In this document: positions 62,727 through 64,000 of the stretch, one piece after another | How positions within the stretch are numbered: the stretch's first letter is position 1 | Layout of the letters: each line of letters opens with the position of its first letter | Source: Pirellulales bacterium | GTDB lineage: Bacteria; Planctomycetota; Planctomycetia; Pirellulales; PALSA-1355 | Assembly (NCBI GenBank): GCA_963733035.1 | Contig: CAVTBU010000010.1 | Span: 64,001 to 128,000 of the forward strand | Direction: 5' to 3' | DNA: 64,000 nucleotides | Position numbers and translations under genes: made by a program | Notes under the pieces: generated by a model | The model's input: only the letters and a program-made list of their open reading frames with translations | Database searches by the model: none | Told to the model about the DNA's origin: nothing

Positions 62727-63872
62727 TTAGACGTCTCGCGTGAGGGCCATATTGTCGCGGTGAACGACTTCGTCGTAGGGGCAGCGGCCCAGGACGCCGG
62801 CGATTTGCTCGGTCTTCAGGCCTTTGATTTTCAGGACGTCGTCGATGGCATAGTTCGTCAGGCCGCGGGCGAATTCGTCGCCTTTGGCATCCTGGAGCGA
62901 AACGATATCTCCCTTCTTGAAGCTGCCGCTGGCGCTCGCAATGCCGATGGCCAGCAGGCTGCGCCCCTTTTTTTCGATGGCTTCCCGCGCTCCGGCATCG
63001 AGCACCAGCACGCCGCGCGGCTGAGCGGTGAAACCGATCCAGCGTTTGAACGAGCGGATGGATTGCCCCTGCGCCAGGAACAGTGTGCCGACCGACTCGC
63101 CGGCCACAATTCTTGCCAGGTTTCCGACGGTGCGGCCGTTGGCAATGATCACGTTTTCGCCGGCGGTGGTGGCGATTCGGGCGGCTTCGAGCTTGCTGGC
63201 CATACCCCCTTTGCTCAACCCGGTGACGCTGTCGCGCACGAGTTTGAAAACCGACTCGTCGAGACGGGGAACCGTCGGAATCAATTTCGACTTCGAATCG
63301 CCGGGATCGCCGTCAAAGAGGCCGTCGACGTCGGACAGCAGTACGAGCAATGGGGCACGAATCAGGTTGGTGACCATCGCGGCCAGGCGATCGTTGTCGC
63401 CGAAGGTGGTCATCAGCTCGTCGACGCTGACGGTGTCGTTTTCATTGATGATCGGCAGGGCGCCAAATTCGAAGATCGCCCGAATCGTATTGCGAACGTT
63501 GAGGTATGCCGTGCGGTCGTCGAGATCGCGGGCAGTAAGCAATAGTTGGGCCGCATGCCTGCCGTGCTGCCGCAAGCCGCGGTCGTAGGCTTCCATTAGG
63601 TGACTCTGTCCCACGGCGGCGACGGCCTGCAACTCGGCCAGGTTGTTGGGGCGTTTCGACAGGCCGAGTTGGCCGAGCCCCGCGCCGACCGCGCCGGAGG
63701 TGACCAGCACGACGTGGCGGCCCGTGTCCATGAGTTCGTGCAGCTCGGCGGCCAATGCCTCGATGCGCTCGCGGTTGAGCAAACCGCCGGCACCGGTGAG
63801 CACGCGCGTGCCGACCTTGACCACGATTGTGTGGGCGGCGGTGGCAACTTCCTGACATACGAGTTCGGTCAT
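62727..63872 (-). CDS. proB: glutamate 5-kinase
   Basis: VVKVGT, VTSGAV, AAVGQ, INENDTV, FGDND, GGMASK, PUA domain. Confidence 0.96.
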   Translation of the reverse strand: MTELVCQEVATAAHTIVVKVGTRVLTGAGGLLNRERIEALAAELHELMDTGRHVVLVTSGAVGAGLGQLGLSKRPNNLAELQAVAAVGQSHLMEAYDRGLRQHGRHAAQLLLTARDLDDRTAYLNVRNTIRAIFEFGALPIINENDTVSVDELMTTFGDNDRLAAMVTNLIRAPLLVLLSDVDGLFDGDPGDSKSKLIPTVPRLDESVFKLVRDSVTGLSKGGMASKLEAARIATTAGENVIIANGRTVGNLARIVAGESVGTLFLAQGQSIRSFKRWIGFTAQPRGVLVLDAGAREAIEKKGRSLLAIGIASASGSFKKGDIVSLQDAKGDEFARGLTNYAIDDVLKIKGLKTEQIAGVLGRCPYDEVVHRDNMALTRDV

Positions 63873-64000
63873 GACGGGGGACTAGGAATACTGATTGCGG
63901 ATCGCGCAGGTGGTCGACTTGTCGCGTGTTTGACCCTGACATCATATCGCCTGCCTGATGACGCAAAAGGTCACTCGGGCATCTGCCACCCGTGAAATCC

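Noticed and set aside
1..64000. CRISPR array, tRNA, rRNA, prophage
   Set aside because: No regularly spaced repeats, RNA gene signatures or phage genes recognised by eye.

Overview
High-GC bacterial chromosome segment, very probably from a Planctomycete. This is inferred from the DUF1559 proteins, a 'RRWFRFRLRTLL' N-terminus, a PEP-CTERM protein and a ClpN-ThiE fusion. Mostly core genes: a full nuoA-N complex I operon preceded by a Rex/CRP-type palindrome, mrp/apbC, lpxB, cyaB, thiE, clpC, mlaEFD, a PP2C phosphatase, an NtrBC-like two-component pair, lexA, a heavy-metal RND locus, nagB and proB. A small accessory patch at about 55.6-58.9 kb holds an IS5 remnant and two DUF1559 genes, and a PEP-CTERM + glycosyltransferase pair lies at 60.8-62.7 kb. 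About 15 frameshifts interrupt otherwise intact genes, most in or beside GCGC, and they look like sequencing/assembly errors. The best leads are: (i) two exported Cys-rich 'leader' ORFs, each about 170-200 nt upstream of a metal-binding or metal-efflux gene; (ii) a CxxH-x6-CxxC module shared by the RND adaptor and a small lipoprotein; (iii) a 24-aa Lys/Ala histone-H1-like micropeptide with its own RBS, long leader and terminator; (iv) a candidate LexA operator; (v) a degenerate enhancer-binding protein plus pseudo-receiver between nuoN and mrp. No rRNA, tRNA, CRISPR array or reverse transcriptase was recognised. All calls come from reading motifs by eye, with no database search.
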